Source: Magnetospirillum sp.
GTDB taxonomy: Bacteria; Pseudomonadota; Alphaproteobacteria; Rhodospirillales; Magnetospirillaceae
Reading direction: 5' to 3'
Assembly: GCA_024707145.1 (NCBI GenBank)
Contig: JANQAI010000013.1
Coordinates: 176,588 to 240,587, forward strand
Length of the DNA stretch: 64,000 nt
Positions 63,426 through 64,000 of this stretch are shown here, piece after piece. The notes beneath the pieces were generated by a model. It saw only the letters and a list, made by a program, of their open reading frames with translations. It was not told the DNA's origin and searched no databases. The position numbers were made by a program, and so were the translations under genes. Position 1 is the first letter of the stretch; each line of letters begins with the position of its first letter.

Positions 63426-63431
63426 GGTGAC

Positions 63432-64000
63432 GTGAAGGAAATCCTCTACATCTTCCGCTTCGCCGATGGCCGCGAAGAGCAGGTGCGCCTGGGCTTCGAC
63501 GAACGGATGCTGCTGGAGGACCATGCCGAGCGCCCGTGGACCGCGCTGGCGGCCCACCGTTGCGGCCATTGCCCTTTGCCGGAGACGGCGGATCACTGCC
63601 CCTTCGCCACCGGGCTGGCTCCCTTCGCCGAGCGTTTTGCCGCCTTCGCGTCCTACGACCGCGTGCAGGTGGTGGCGCGCTCGCCCCAGCGCGACGTGGT
63701 GGCCGAGCGGGCGCTGCAGCACGGGCTGGCTTCGCTGATCGGCCTGGTGGGGGCCACGTCGGGCTGTCCCCACCTGGCCTTCTTCCGCCCCATGGCCCGC
63801 TTCCATCTGCCCTTTTCCAGCGAAGAGGAAACCCTGGTCCGCGCCTTCGCCCTGCATCTGCTGGGGGACTGGATCAACGGCCGCACCCTCGCCATCGACG
63901 ATCTGGCGGCCAATTACCGGGCGGCGGCCGAGGTCAACCGGGCCATGGCCGAGCGCATGCGCGCGGCCTTTCCCGGGGACGCGGTGGTGAACGCCCTGGT
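63432..64000 (+). CDS. DUF6901-like Cys-containing protein, 3' end outside window
   Basis: Manual translation from GTG 63432: KEILYIFRF...WTALAAHRCGHCPL...CPFA...SGCPHLAFFRPMARFHLPFSSEEET; no stop before the window end. Confidence 0.6.
   Translation, partial: MKEILYIFRFADGREEQVRLGFDERMLLEDHAERPWTALAAHRCGHCPLPETADHCPFATGLAPFAERFAAFASYDRVQVVARSPQRDVVAERALQHGLASLIGLVGATSGCPHLAFFRPMARFHLPFSSEEETLVRAFALHLLGDWINGRTLAIDDLAANYRAAAEVNRAMAERMRAAFPGDAVVNAL

Overview
GC-rich bacterial DNA; gene content and protein motifs suggest an alphaproteobacterium of the Rhodospirillaceae/Magnetospirillum type (inference). From left to right: (1) an ABC-2 permease end and a DUF6766-like membrane protein; (2) a hopanoid cluster with dxs and ispH (hpnH, G, shc, D, J, I, M, A, N, L; no hpnC, hpnE or hpnK in the window); (3) an apbE-rseC-rnfABCDGEH operon; (4) a sensor HD-GYP protein and a cysteine hydrolase/LysR pair; (5) a ~12.6 kb guanidine locus; (6) a redox/stress/alkylation-repair block (pirin, DoxX, LysRs, Csp3-like protein, SDR, DUF1501/DUF1800, HD protein, alkA, ada with an Ada box, Hsp70-like protein); (7) a multi-kinase signalling cluster running off the right edge. 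The guanidine locus is the main find. It carries three guanidine riboswitches of two classes. A guanidine-II switch heads an EamA transporter, an uncharacterised protein and a 2OG-Fe(II) dioxygenase. A sigma54 promoter with NtrC-like sites and a guanidine-I switch heads an ABC importer. A second guanidine-II switch heads cgdAB, guanidine carboxylase and atzF. The carboxylase has a CGTC-type palindromic repeat pair in frame in an interdomain linker. Eleven otherwise intact genes have single frameshifts, mostly in homopolymers, most likely sequencing errors. All annotations come from motif recognition by eye; no database searches were run.
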